A DNA stretch of 64,000 nucleotides from Azolla caroliniana (GCA_043228905.1 JBHGNT010000015.1:17608001-17672000), one strand, 5' to 3'; positions 25,986 to 36,283 are shown, counted from the first letter of the stretch. The notes: a model not told the origin generated them from the sequence alone. Made by a program: numbers and translations.

Positions 25986-28901
25986 TCAGTCTTCCTCCAA
26001 ATTATCAGGCAAACTCCGCTCCGAGGTTTCAAGTGTTGTTTTGCCTGTGCCGTCTCCGACGTCCGATTGGATTGGTTGCCTTTCCGCATCTTGCTGCTCC
26101 GACTCTGCTTCTACCGGTAGTACCGGTGTTTCTTCGGTATCTTGTCCGGGTCTGTCCTGCTCCACCTCCGTTCCGTTCCCGGTATCGCTCTCTCCGGTTT
26201 CCACTGGTTGTGTCCTTTCTTCCCCGGATTCGGTACTTCTCTGTCTCCACTCTGCATCATCCCCGGCATCAACCTGTTCTTGCTCCGGAAGTTCTTCCTC
26301 GGGTAATTCTTGTCGGGGTGCGTTGTCGGTTGGGTTCTTTTCAGCAGATCGCTCGCCCTCACTGATGGAGATCGGCGTTGTGCATCCCTCGGCTTCCTGT
26401 CGCAGTCGGTCCTTCTCGTACCCTTCCAATTCCAGTTGGGTTTCGAGCTGCCCGTCATCCAACCTCTCTACTAACCCTCGGATTTCCTTGAGATGCTCTT
26501 CTGCTAGGGCATAGAAATCCTCCGACAATTCTTCCCGGATGTTGACGATACTTTCTTCGTCCATTTTATAGAACCCATCTCCGTTTTTCTTCCGATTTTC
26601 TGCATCAGCTCGGAGTATCTGCAGTTCAGCTGCCTGTTGTGCCCATTCCTTCCAGAGTTTCTCCGTGCTTTCATTTATGCTGGCCTGAGCTCGGGTACTC
26701 CAGCTTGACATGATGAACTTAATTCGGTCAACCCCTGCTTTAGCCTGTTCCGAAGCTGCTTGTTTTTCCTTCCTTATCCGTTTGATGATGTCGGCCATTA
26801 ACTGAGCTTGAGCTTCCGAGTCGACTTTTTGCTTGTCACAGGTACTCCGCCATTTGTTGATTTCGAAAGTCGACTTCACTTTTTCCTCGTTCCAACTCTT
26901 TGTCAGCTCCCCTACTTTCTGCCGAAGTACTTCCATCTCTTTTCTTTGTTCCGACGTCAAGGTCTTCTCCACCGATACTTCCTCCCTTGCTTTGGACAAT
27001 TCCAAGCGGTTTTCCTTGAGCTGCTCTTTCAGCTTTTCTATCTGTCGGTCGTACGTTGCTGCCTGATTCTTGATGTCCGACGTGGCCTGTTTATAATCCT
27101 TACATAGTCTGTCGAATTCCTCCGTCTTCTGTTTTAGGCGTCGGTTCGCCTGAGCTCGCAACTGATCATCCCGGTCCTTTTGTTGTCGGAGTTCCTCTCG
27201 CAACCGCTCGATTTCTTGCTCCATTCGTCGGCGCAGCCTATCTTTTTCCTTTTGCAGTGTCCCGTTTTCTTCTTGTAGTCGGTCATTGGTGGCTTTGCTT
27301 CGGCGAAGGCCTTCCTCCATTCGCCGTCTGTCGTCTTCTGCCAACTTCCGCTGTTCTCTTTCGTTATCTCTCAATGCCTCCTGAGCCTGTAATTCTTCTT
27401 TCAAAGTTTCTATTAACTTCTCGGTCTCAGGGCCGGTTTGCAAGGCCTTCTCCGTTTGTGGTTCGGCTTGCTTTTCTGATGTCCCGACCGGCTCGGTGCC
27501 ATCTTGTGCTTGTCGGCTGCCTTCTTTTGCCTGTGCTATCTCTTCCTGCAGCTCATTTAATTGTGCCCGGAGCATGACCATATCCTTAGTCATCGTCCTA
27601 GTCACTTCTTCTCTTTGCTCCTCCTCTTTCTCCATCTGGTCTGCTACTCCCGACAACTGCCCTGACAACCACCTTAGCCATTGTGCCTTTGTTCTGCCTT
27701 CGTTGGTGTCAGCAGGCGTGCCTAGCTCCGGCTGTTTTTCCGACTGTTTCTCCGGCCTCTTCTCTTGTTCCGGCGCTTGTTCCTTTCTTTGTTCCTCGAA
27801 CTCCGCCGCCGTCGGTTCCGGTACTGCCGTCTCTGGTGCAGACGGACCTTCATCCTGTGTCGCTTCTGTTCCGGTTACTGGAGGCGGTTCTTTTGCCCTT
27901 TGCTGAGTTCCGTCCGCTGTTGGGGTCGGTCTTGTCGCTCGTTTCTCCTTTCCTTGCCTGGGTGGTAGTATTAACATCGGTTCGGATGAGTCTTCCTCTG
28001 TTTCAGCGTCCTCCGTCGGTGCCACTATTGGTTCCTTTACTGGTACCGGTTCCGATTCGAGCGTTACTGGTTCGGTGTCGGTTTGCCTCTTGCTGGTCTT
28101 CTTTGCCACCTTCTCCTTGCCCTTTTCCGCCTTTTTCTTCTTCATGGTCGGTTGCTGTTGTTGTTTCTGTGGCTGCCGTGATGAGCCTTCCTCCCGTTGC
28201 TGTCGGGAGGAGTCTTCTTCCCTCGGTTGTCGAGATGAGCCTTCTTTCCGCGGCTGTCGGGATGATCCTTCTTCCCGCGGCGCTTCTTCTTCCTGTGTCC
28301 ATCCTGGGGTGTGTTTCTCTAGTATTCGTCGGCGCTTCATGGTTTGCTTCGGGGTAGTCTCCTGCCGACTTCTTTGCTTGTGCTTGATGGGGGACACTGG
28401 TGGGACCAACACTGTTAACCATTGGGATATTCCGGCCCATGGCTTCTTCCCTTCCACCAAGTGCTTTATCGCCTCTTTCAGTCCTTCGGTGATGAAGTGG
28501 AGCCAGTCCACCTGCAGGCCTTCGAATGTCGCGATGACGATCGCTGCCCGGTATTTGGCTATGGCTGCCGGACGAGGGTTCACGAACCCGTACTCCATCA
28601 GGGCGCGGGCCACCTCTCCGAACAGCAGGTTTTCTCCGCCCTGTGTGCGATACGCCTTGCTGCTAAGGGAGTATTCGCCGAAATACTCGAAGAATATTTG
28701 GCTCGAGGGTAGCTCTATCGTCTGAAGTCCTCCCTCCGAAATCCCTGTGAGCGCTTGTACCGCTCCTTCAGTGACCTCTGCTAAGTCCACCGCTGTTGCC
28801 GCCTGCTCTGGTTCCTTGTGTGGTGGAGCGTCAGCAACCCGCAGCAGCCCTCCTAATCCGTTCTCTGTCAGCCATTGTCGCGCTCCGTCCGACAGTGCCA
28901 T
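25986..28901 (-). CDS. Additional 3' ORF2 of the retrotransposon (~970 aa from MALSDG; frame open to 29105): globular N-domain, acidic/repeat linker, basic NLS-like patch, ~400-aa coiled coil, acidic tail
   Basis: Open ORF between the pol stop and the 3' LTR in the sense orientation; no hydrophobic TM or signal segment; homologous remnant at 60810-61210. Confidence 0.85.
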   Translation of the reverse strand: MALSDGARQWLTENGLGGLLRVADAPPHKEPEQAATAVDLAEVTEGAVQALTGISEGGLQTIELPSSQIFFEYFGEYSLSSKAYRTQGGENLLFGEVARALMEYGFVNPRPAAIAKYRAAIVIATFEGLQVDWLHFITEGLKEAIKHLVEGKKPWAGISQWLTVLVPPVSPIKHKQRSRQETTPKQTMKRRRILEKHTPGWTQEEEAPREEGSSRQPRKEGSSRQPREEDSSRQQREEGSSRQPQKQQQQPTMKKKKAEKGKEKVAKKTSKRQTDTEPVTLESEPVPVKEPIVAPTEDAETEEDSSEPMLILPPRQGKEKRATRPTPTADGTQQRAKEPPPVTGTEATQDEGPSAPETAVPEPTAAEFEEQRKEQAPEQEKRPEKQSEKQPELGTPADTNEGRTKAQWLRWLSGQLSGVADQMEKEEEQREEVTRTMTKDMVMLRAQLNELQEEIAQAKEGSRQAQDGTEPVGTSEKQAEPQTEKALQTGPETEKLIETLKEELQAQEALRDNEREQRKLAEDDRRRMEEGLRRSKATNDRLQEENGTLQKEKDRLRRRMEQEIERLREELRQQKDRDDQLRAQANRRLKQKTEEFDRLCKDYKQATSDIKNQAATYDRQIEKLKEQLKENRLELSKAREEVSVEKTLTSEQRKEMEVLRQKVGELTKSWNEEKVKSTFEINKWRSTCDKQKVDSEAQAQLMADIIKRIRKEKQAASEQAKAGVDRIKFIMSSWSTRAQASINESTEKLWKEWAQQAAELQILRADAENRKKNGDGFYKMDEESIVNIREELSEDFYALAEEHLKEIRGLVERLDDGQLETQLELEGYEKDRLRQEAEGCTTPISISEGERSAEKNPTDNAPRQELPEEELPEQEQVDAGDDAEWRQRSTESGEERTQPVETGESDTGNGTEVEQDRPGQDTEETPVLPVEAESEQQDAERQPIQSDVGDGTGKTTLETSERSLPDNLEED

Positions 28902-29034
28902 CTCTTCTTCTTCGTCTGCTGCTGCCTGTGGTCTGAGGTCGGGGTGTAGGTGTTCTGCGCGTCGGATCTTGCTGTCTTGAGCCTGCGTTTGCTTGTGGGA
29001 AAATTCGTAAAAAGTGAACCCTTCCCCGGTTCTT

Positions 29035-29045
29035 CCTTTATATAG
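29035..29045 (-). promoter_or_regulatory. Putative internal TATA box (CTATATAAAGG) for ORF2
   Basis: ~135 nt upstream of the ORF2 ATG at 28901. The LTR TATA (CCTATAAAAGG, minus) lies separately at ~35498-35508. Confidence 0.5.
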
Positions 29046-29424
29046 TGGCGTTTCCCTCGAGCCGCCTTTTCCTCTTTTTCGCGCGTCCCCTGCCATAATT
29101 AGCATGTCACTCTTTAATTTTTGACGGCTACACGTGTTCTGCCATAATTAGCATGTAACTTTTTAATTCTGACGGCTGCACGTTTTCTGCCTATTTTTGG
29201 CGCCTGCGCCTGCTGTGTCATGAATAGTATGTCTGTCCTTTGCTGCCGCGTGTCATGCTTGCGTTTCTTTGCCGTGTGTGTCGAATCTCCTACGTGTCTG
29301 TCATTATGACTCCTTAATTGACGCGCGTTTTAAATTCTGTACATCGGCCCCCACGTTCTGCTTTAAATAGCTCGTGCATCCGTGTGACGGTTGTAACTAC
29401 CTCCTTCATCATTACCATGATTTT

Positions 29425-29458
<34 letters not shown>

Positions 29459-29467
29459 TATGCCGCA

Positions 29468-32400
29468 TCATTGTTCGGTTCCCCCCGATGTGTTCGGGTC
29501 GGTGCGCACTGTTGTCGGTTCCTCGTCGTTGTTACGCGTCGGTGTCGGTTCCTCGCCATTCGGGCTTTCCGGGTCTTGCTTGAAGGGGTTAGCTGGCATG
29601 TGCCCCTTATACGGTTTTAGGCGAAAACCATTTGCCCATTTGCCCACAACTTCTCCTGACAACGTCCCGAGCTGGTAAGACCCATTGTATTCCTTTGTGA
29701 TCCAGAATGGTCCGGTCCACCGAAATCGCAATTTCCCTGGCATGCTCCCCATTCTTGTCTGGAACAGTAATACCGGTTTCCCGATCTGGAATTCCTTTTC
29801 GTTACCGCGCCGGTGTCGGTCTACAAAGGCTTTCCTCCTCCTTTGCTCTAGTTCTAGCTGTAGCAGGCTGGCTATTCGATTTTCTTCCAGTTCTAACAGC
29901 ATCTTCAGCCGGATTCGTTCGGATTCCTTCTCGCTTAACCGCTCCTTAACCTGTATTCTTAAGCTAGGAATTTGGAATTCTACTGGCATGACTGCTTCCA
30001 AGCCGAATGCCAGTCGGAACGGGGTCGTCCGGATGCTAGTCTTGTACACCGTTCGGTACGCCCACAGCACGCTCTGCAACTTCGTGTCCCAGTCGGTCCG
30101 GTTCTCATTGACGATTTTTCTAAGGATGTTCTGTAGCGTTTTGTTTGTTGATTCCGCTAATCCGTTGGCTTGAGGGTAGTAGGGAGTGCTTCGTTTGTGT
30201 ACTACCGCATAGAATGATGTCAAACTTTCCACCACCTGCCCGAGGAAATGTCCTCCCTGGTCACTGATCAGCTCAATCGGGCATCCGTACTGACACCATA
30301 TGCATTCATATAAAAATTTGGCCGTGGATGCCGCCGTGTTGTCCCGTAGTGCCTTTGCTTCTACCCATTTGGTGCAGTAGTCGGTAGCCACTATTATATA
30401 CCGATTTCCGGTCCGCATTGCCGGTGGCTTAAAGGGGCCGACAAAGTCCAAGCCCCACTTTTGGAATGGTTCTAATGGCAAGACCGGGTGATGTGGCATC
30501 CGGGCCTGCTCCGTGGGTTGGCCCAGTCGTTGACACAGGTCGCATTCCCTGCTATACTTAACGGCATCTCTCATGGTAGTAGGCCACCATAGTCCGCTCT
30601 GCCATATCTTCCGGGCTGTTGTTTCGCCGGCATAATGCCCGCCTGCAATTCCACAGTGGGCTTCCCTCAGGATCAGATCCTTTTCATCGCTCCGCACTGC
30701 TCGCCTCCATACGCCATCTGCCCCCTTGTGATAGAGGGTGTCTCCTACCAAGCAGAAATGTCTGCTCCGTACTGCCATCCTCTTCCGTTCGTCTCGGTCC
30801 AGGTTTTCCGGGGGAACTCCGGTGCTCAGGAACTGATGCATTTCGGTTAACCATTTGTCTTCGTCCGCTACTGTGGTCTCCGTTGCCGGTGCCGTCGTGA
30901 CCTTAAACAGCTCGGCGTCGGGAAATTCGTCCTGTACGCCGTCCCCTGATTCTCCGGATTCTAGTCTGCTCAGGTAGTCTGCTACCGCATGCTGCGCCCC
31001 GGGTCGGTGGAAAATGTCGAATTCGAATTCCTGTAATAGCAGCGTCCACCGTGCGAGTTTTCCTGTCAGGGCTGCCTTTGAGACCAGGTAGAGTAGTGCC
31101 GAGTGGTCAACGTGGAAAGAGAACTTTCGTCCGAGCAGATAGTGCCTGTACTTTGTGACACTGTACACCATTCCTAATGCCTCTCGTTCCGTTGTAGAGT
31201 AGTTCCGTTCGGCTTTCGAGAGTTTCCTGCTTGCGTAGTACACCGGCCGATACCATTTCGGTTCCGTGAGTTGCATCAAAACGCTGCCGATTGCTACGTC
31301 CGACGCGTCGACGAAAACGTGAAAGCTTTTACTCCAGTCCGGCGGCTGCACCACCGGAGCTTGTGACAGCATGACCTTCAATGCTTGGTAGGCTGCCTCC
31401 TCCGTTTCTGTCCATTGGAAAGGTACTCTATGTACAGCAGCATGCAATGGTGTCGCAAAGTCGGCAAGGTGCCGTATCATCCGACTATGCCACCTTATTT
31501 GACCAAGGAATCGGCTTAAAGCTTTTGCGCTATTCGGTGCCGGTGCGTCGAGAATTGCTTTTACCTTATCCGGATCTACCGCGATTCCTTCTCGACTCAC
31601 CACGTGGCCTAACAAATTGCCGCTTGCGACTCCGAAGACGCACTTAGCCGGGTTCAGACTTAATCGGTACTCGCGGCACTTTTCTAAGCATATTCGTAGG
31701 TGATCGAAATGCTCTCCGTGTCGGCTGTAGACGGCGAAATCGTCTAGGAAGACCTGCATAAAACCGGGAATAAAATCACCGAAGATTTCCATAATTATCC
31801 TTTGAAATGTTGCAGGGGCTGTCTTTAATCCGAACATCATCACGACCGCGACGAACACTCCCCATTCCGTCACGAACGCTGTTTTTTCTTGGTCGGCCGG
31901 GTTCATTCGGATTTGGTTGTAGCCGCTGAATCCGTCCAGGAAGCTGTAAACTTCGTGGCCGGCCACCGCATCTAGCACTCCGTCCGTGAATGGTAGTGGA
32001 AAAGCGTCGGTCACTGTCGCGGCATTTAGTTTCCTGTAGTCCACACATACCCGGATTTTGCCGTTCTTTTTCGGGACCACCACTATCGGGCTTAGCCAGG
32101 TTGCCTGCTTGACTGGTCGGATAAATCCGACCCGGAGAAGCTTGTCTATTTCCTCCTTCACCTTTGCCGCATAGTTTGGATTCATCCGGTACCGACGTTG
32201 AGCGATGGGTTTCGCGTCAGTACTTAGATGAATTTGGTGCTGGTAGAGTTGGGGGTCCAACCCTCGCATGTCTTCGTATGACCATGCGAACACGTCCTTG
32301 AATTCCGTTAACAGTGCTACCATTGCCTGTTTTTCCTCCTTTGGCAATTCCTTCGCGACTTTTACCGGTCGGGGTTGTTCTGTTGTGCCGAGGTCCACCT

Positions 32401-35260
32401 CTTCGAGTTGGGATGCTTTCACCCTTTGGGATATCGTCATTTCTCTTTCTAGGGCTTCCTGTGCTTGGCGTAGTTCCTGGATCGCCACTTTGTCCGGCTC
32501 GTCCGGCATTGTGATGTACGGCTCTACTGCTGCCGTGATATCCACCTCAAAAAGTGGGACGATCTGTGGGTGTTCCTCGAGGTACCGATCAACTTCCTCA
32601 TCCGGTAAGCCCTGCAACATGTTGATGCTTTCGGCATATAAAGGGGTTGCCTCCTTGCTAGTGAGCACCCGTGGTTGCGTGGCTACCCGTACCTTTGTTT
32701 TCCCTCGTCGGAACGTGATCATATTCTTTTGCCAATTTTGCTTGATATGCGCCGTTCGCAGCCATGGTCGTCCTAACAGTAGGGGATATGCGCCTTGTAC
32801 ATTCAGCTCTAGTACCACGGCCGATATTCGGAATACGTGGCCTCCTATTGTTACTTCCAAGTCCCGGATAAGACCAGTTGGGCGGACTGAGCTTGTATCC
32901 GCCATGCGTAACCAGAAGGGGCATGGTTCCCACTCCTGGATGCCTAGGTCGTCGCATGTCTGTCGACTAATGACGTTCACCCCGGAGCCTCCGTCAATAA
33001 TTGTTCCTGGAATCTCCTTTCCTTTGACGATTGTCGTGATTGCTGGGCTACTGGTATCAACCACCGCTGGGCCTTCCTCCGGGTTGGAGAAAAATGCCGG
33101 TGCTGGCGTCGGCGTCGGTTTGCTCACTGCGGCTTGTAAGTCTGCTGTGAACCGCGGCACCAACTGCAGTAACCGCGCCAACGGCAGCACGATCTGACAA
33201 TCTTGTAGTGCTTGCCATGTCGGGTTTTCTCCTGGCTGTACGATTTCCTCCTCCCTTGGCATATTTTGGTTTCTTACTTCCGCCGCACCTTGTTCGTTGG
33301 CTTCTTTGATCCATTGTGCCGCTTGTTTTCTGATTGCTTCCTGGGCTTCCCATTCGGCGGCTTTCCCCTTCGACCGCGTGGTAACCTGCTGTACTTCGGC
33401 TGTCACCATGTTGACTGCTGGCTGCTTGTCGGCTGTTTTGCTTGGGCATTGATTACTGTAATGCCCTTCTTTTCGGCAGTAATAACAGTACACCCTGTGC
33501 GTGTTGCTGGATTCTCCTTTTTCCCATGTTTGGGGAAGGGGCATTCCCCGGCGGTTGTCCTCGGTTTTTTGGTTCTCCGGTGCCGCTACTGGTTTGTCAT
33601 TCCTTGTTGCCTCCCGACGCTCCTCTCTACGGAAGAATCCACGCCTTTGGTTCCGTCGGAAATTCCGGTTCCCTGGCCGCCTTTCTTCTCTGCGTCGCTC
33701 GTATTCCGGGGATTCGTCTCGGTCATACCGGTCCCGGGGGTAGCTATCCCTTCGGTTCTCCTCTCGGTCGTACCGGTCCCGGGGGTAGCTATCCCTTCGG
33801 TTCTCCTCTCGGTCATAGCTGTCGCGTCTTCTATCAGGGTATCTGTCGCCGCGTTCTCGTCGGTAGCGGTCGTCCCTCCGGAATCGATCCTCTTCCGGGT
33901 CCCGATTGCGCGGTTCTATGTGTCGGACCGGTGCCGCTTGTCGAGTTAACAGGTTATACTCGCATTGGTTCGTTGTGTGGGCGCGAGAATTGCATATCAT
34001 GCACTGTGCGCGCAGGGTGCAGTCAACGGTCGAGTGCCCCGAATTTAGGCATGTTGTGCATTGTAGGGCTTGTCGGAACCGGAGGTCCTCCTCCTTCGGA
34101 AGCGCCTGGTGTAACGCCCCCATCGGCAAGAAGGGGCTCGTGTTGTCCATTTCTAGGACCCGATCAATGACTTGGTCCATTGTGCTGGTGCTGAAATCGA
34201 TGATTCCACACATCGCTCGAAGTGGGTCTTTTAACGCAGCCAAAAAGACTGCCTTGGCCTCCTCTTCGGGTGGTGCTCTTGCTAATTGATTGTGCAAGGT
34301 CTGGAAACGAATGATAAATTGTGGGACCGTCTCGTTTTCTCCCTGCCGAGTGGTGTAGAATTGTCCGACCAATTCCCTTTGTTCCACTCGTCTATGAAAC
34401 AAGCGTAAAAACTGGGTTTTCAATGCCTCGAACGTGGCGAAGCTGCCTGGTAAGTGCTTGTCGTGCCACCGGGCCGCCGGTCCTTCTAATGTCATGCCGA
34501 ATTCGGCGACTTTGGATCGGTCGGCCTCGGCCTCCGTCAGTCTCTGGGACACGTGGTTGGCTTCCCATGTTCGCAGGAATGCATACACATGTGCCTCTCC
34601 GTCGGGCTCATCCCGATACTTTGGGTATGGATACGGCATCGTGTCGTCCCACTGATTCTCCTGCGCTGGTTCCTCCGATGTCGGTCTCCGCTCCTGCGGT
34701 TCCTCCGCAGGTGGTGTTGGTATCCGCTCCTGCGGTTCCTCCGCGGGTGGTGTTGGTATCCGCTCCTGCGGTTCCTCCGCGGGTGGTGTTGATAACCGCT
34801 CCTGCGGTTCCTCCGCGGGTGGTGTTGGTATCCGCTCCTCCCTCCTCGGCGATTGCCGGTCACCGAACTCCAGAGTTAGTTCCTCCTCTGGCTCCGATGT
34901 TGCTGAGTGATCCGACTCAAAGGGGTTGTTCCCGTGTCTGCTTTTATAGCGGGATCCCACGCTTTCCCCGCTATCCGAATCCGCCTCTAATGTTGCAAAT
35001 GCCGCTGCGTCCCCGTCGCCGCCAGCGAGAGTCTGTAGTAGTGTCTCCGCTTCTTGGAGGCTGGTTATGCTACTGCCTTCGTCGGAAGCTTGTAGAACTT
35101 GGAACTGCAGTGCGTTTTCTGCGATTTGCCGAAGCGTTGTTGAGAATGACCGATCGCTCCGGATCTCGTCGACGGCTTGCTGCAAGGCTTCCCGTCGTCG
35201 CTGCCGTTCGGCGTGGCGTCTCCCTCTTTCGGTGATGTGGTCGTTATTTTGTCTAGACAT
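29468..35260 (-). CDS. Single-frame Gag-Pol polyprotein (gag, three CCHC knuckles, PR, RT, RNaseH, IN); first ATG after the PBS at 35260 (MSRQNN)
   Basis: CTTCLNSGHSTVDC, CMICNSRAHTTNQC, CYYCRKEGHYSNQC; IIDGGSG protease; FLDGFSGYNQI, VFLDDF; VDASD, NYSTTEREAL; HHCC zinc finger, WGLDFVGP, SDQG, NGLAE, WTGPF. Confidence 0.96.
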   Translation of the reverse strand: MSRQNNDHITERGRRHAERQRRREALQQAVDEIRSDRSFSTTLRQIAENALQFQVLQASDEGSSITSLQEAETLLQTLAGGDGDAAAFATLEADSDSGESVGSRYKSRHGNNPFESDHSATSEPEEELTLEFGDRQSPRREERIPTPPAEEPQERLSTPPAEEPQERIPTPPAEEPQERIPTPPAEEPQERRPTSEEPAQENQWDDTMPYPYPKYRDEPDGEAHVYAFLRTWEANHVSQRLTEAEADRSKVAEFGMTLEGPAARWHDKHLPGSFATFEALKTQFLRLFHRRVEQRELVGQFYTTRQGENETVPQFIIRFQTLHNQLARAPPEEEAKAVFLAALKDPLRAMCGIIDFSTSTMDQVIDRVLEMDNTSPFLPMGALHQALPKEEDLRFRQALQCTTCLNSGHSTVDCTLRAQCMICNSRAHTTNQCEYNLLTRQAAPVRHIEPRNRDPEEDRFRRDDRYRRERGDRYPDRRRDSYDREENRRDSYPRDRYDREENRRDSYPRDRYDRDESPEYERRREERRPGNRNFRRNQRRGFFRREERREATRNDKPVAAPENQKTEDNRRGMPLPQTWEKGESSNTHRVYCYYCRKEGHYSNQCPSKTADKQPAVNMVTAEVQQVTTRSKGKAAEWEAQEAIRKQAAQWIKEANEQGAAEVRNQNMPREEEIVQPGENPTWQALQDCQIVLPLARLLQLVPRFTADLQAAVSKPTPTPAPAFFSNPEEGPAVVDTSSPAITTIVKGKEIPGTIIDGGSGVNVISRQTCDDLGIQEWEPCPFWLRMADTSSVRPTGLIRDLEVTIGGHVFRISAVVLELNVQGAYPLLLGRPWLRTAHIKQNWQKNMITFRRGKTKVRVATQPRVLTSKEATPLYAESINMLQGLPDEEVDRYLEEHPQIVPLFEVDITAAVEPYITMPDEPDKVAIQELRQAQEALEREMTISQRVKASQLEEVDLGTTEQPRPVKVAKELPKEEKQAMVALLTEFKDVFAWSYEDMRGLDPQLYQHQIHLSTDAKPIAQRRYRMNPNYAAKVKEEIDKLLRVGFIRPVKQATWLSPIVVVPKKNGKIRVCVDYRKLNAATVTDAFPLPFTDGVLDAVAGHEVYSFLDGFSGYNQIRMNPADQEKTAFVTEWGVFVAVVMMFGLKTAPATFQRIIMEIFGDFIPGFMQVFLDDFAVYSRHGEHFDHLRICLEKCREYRLSLNPAKCVFGVASGNLLGHVVSREGIAVDPDKVKAILDAPAPNSAKALSRFLGQIRWHSRMIRHLADFATPLHAAVHRVPFQWTETEEAAYQALKVMLSQAPVVQPPDWSKSFHVFVDASDVAIGSVLMQLTEPKWYRPVYYASRKLSKAERNYSTTEREALGMVYSVTKYRHYLLGRKFSFHVDHSALLYLVSKAALTGKLARWTLLLQEFEFDIFHRPGAQHAVADYLSRLESGESGDGVQDEFPDAELFKVTTAPATETTVADEDKWLTEMHQFLSTGVPPENLDRDERKRMAVRSRHFCLVGDTLYHKGADGVWRRAVRSDEKDLILREAHCGIAGGHYAGETTARKIWQSGLWWPTTMRDAVKYSRECDLCQRLGQPTEQARMPHHPVLPLEPFQKWGLDFVGPFKPPAMRTGNRYIIVATDYCTKWVEAKALRDNTAASTAKFLYECIWCQYGCPIELISDQGGHFLGQVVESLTSFYAVVHKRSTPYYPQANGLAESTNKTLQNILRKIVNENRTDWDTKLQSVLWAYRTVYKTSIRTTPFRLAFGLEAVMPVEFQIPSLRIQVKERLSEKESERIRLKMLLELEENRIASLLQLELEQRRRKAFVDRHRRGNEKEFQIGKPVLLFQTRMGSMPGKLRFRWTGPFWITKEYNGSYQLGTLSGEVVGKWANGFRLKPYKGHMPANPFKQDPESPNGEEPTPTRNNDEEPTTVRTDPNTSGGTEQ

Positions 35261-35296
35261 CCATCCCCCGGTTGTCCTCTGCACTCTGCAGGAATC

Positions 35297-35306
35297 GTGG
35301 TCGCCA
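35297..35306 (-). promoter_or_regulatory. Minus-strand primer binding site TGGCGACCAC (tRNA-Arg-type)
   Basis: Starts TGG 6 nt inside the 5' LTR; complementary to the ...GUGGUCG-CCA end of plant tRNA-Arg(UCG) as recalled, not searched. Confidence 0.7.
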
Positions 35307-36283
35307 AAATAGTGTTGTATGTTTGGCTGGACTAGCCGCAACACAGGTGTCTATCCGACACTTCTCCAAAGGGGTGGTAGGGATAGGATGTTAATACACG
35401 CGTATGATAATTACACTTAAGCACAGACGAAGACAAGATTAATCAGCATAAGCAAAACTATATTAATTCTTCGCGCTTTCATTACAAAACATCGGATCCT
35501 TTTATAGGCATCCGGCCAGATTACAATCGGTGCTCGATAGGCAACCGTTAACCGAAACCGAATCGGTTCGGATCCGGATCGGTTACAACTACCGGATCCG
35601 TCCCTCCTAATAATTCTATTCCTATTTCTATATTTATCCGATCCGACCTTGCTTTCCCATTTGCCTTCTCTGACCGGCCAACAGGTTGCACCTTGCAAAT
35701 GATAGTCTTATTGAGGGCATCACTAGTTTGGATGTTATACATATCCATGACCCGGTTGACCATGACATTGAGGGCAATGGCCATAAAAGAGGCATCGTAT
35801 TTCCTTTAGAAAGGTGTGACATTTAAGAAGTTTTGCATTGAAGGTTTGGAAGTTGTTGGATTGGCAATGGCCATAATAACTAGCATCGTGGTCATCCAAT
35901 GATAGGTTGGACTTTGTAATTTGAGACCCATGCGTGTTTCTGGGGTTGGGGCGCTCGTGTCTATTATATACCAAATCATAAATAGGGTTGGGGAGGGAAT
36001 CGTGGTCATGGACGATGCAGGTTGCTCAGATGAAGGTGTGTGCAGGTTTCTTATCCGATTTGGATAAGAACGAACGCACGAAAAAAAACTTGTCAGAGGT
36101 CGTCCAACTCTGAGTTCTTGGTCGCCCATCCCTAACCATTGGAGGTCACTCAACCACCCAACTATTTTAGAACAATAAATGAAATAGTTAATAAAAATAA
36201 TATTGAAAGGTAATGGTTTTAGAGTTATTCCTTTTGCTTAATAGGTGGAAGGTTCAAATCTCTTTTCCTCTCTTATTGAGAAG

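Larger units (their letters stand above)
25565..35683 (-). mobile_element. Intact full-length Ty3/gypsy (non-chromovirus, no archaeal RNaseH) LTR retrotransposon with an extra ORF; very recent insertion
   Basis: 371-bp LTRs 25565-25935 and 35313-35683, identical by eye, with TGTTG...CAACA ends; TSD GGTTG (25560-25564, 35684-35688); two uninterrupted ORFs. Confidence 0.97.

Noticed and set aside
25986-29105. ORF2 as an envelope protein
   Set aside because: No signal peptide or transmembrane helix visible; highly charged.
25901-35312. Many plus-strand ORFs up to 309 aa inside the gypsy element
   Set aside because: Antisense shadows of GC-rich gag-pol and ORF2; no motifs of their own.
25565-35683. 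Element transcribed on the + strand, with the 25938 site as the sole PBS
   Set aside because: Both ORFs and the LTR TATA are on the minus strand, and there is no PPT before the right LTR either. Not formally excluded.
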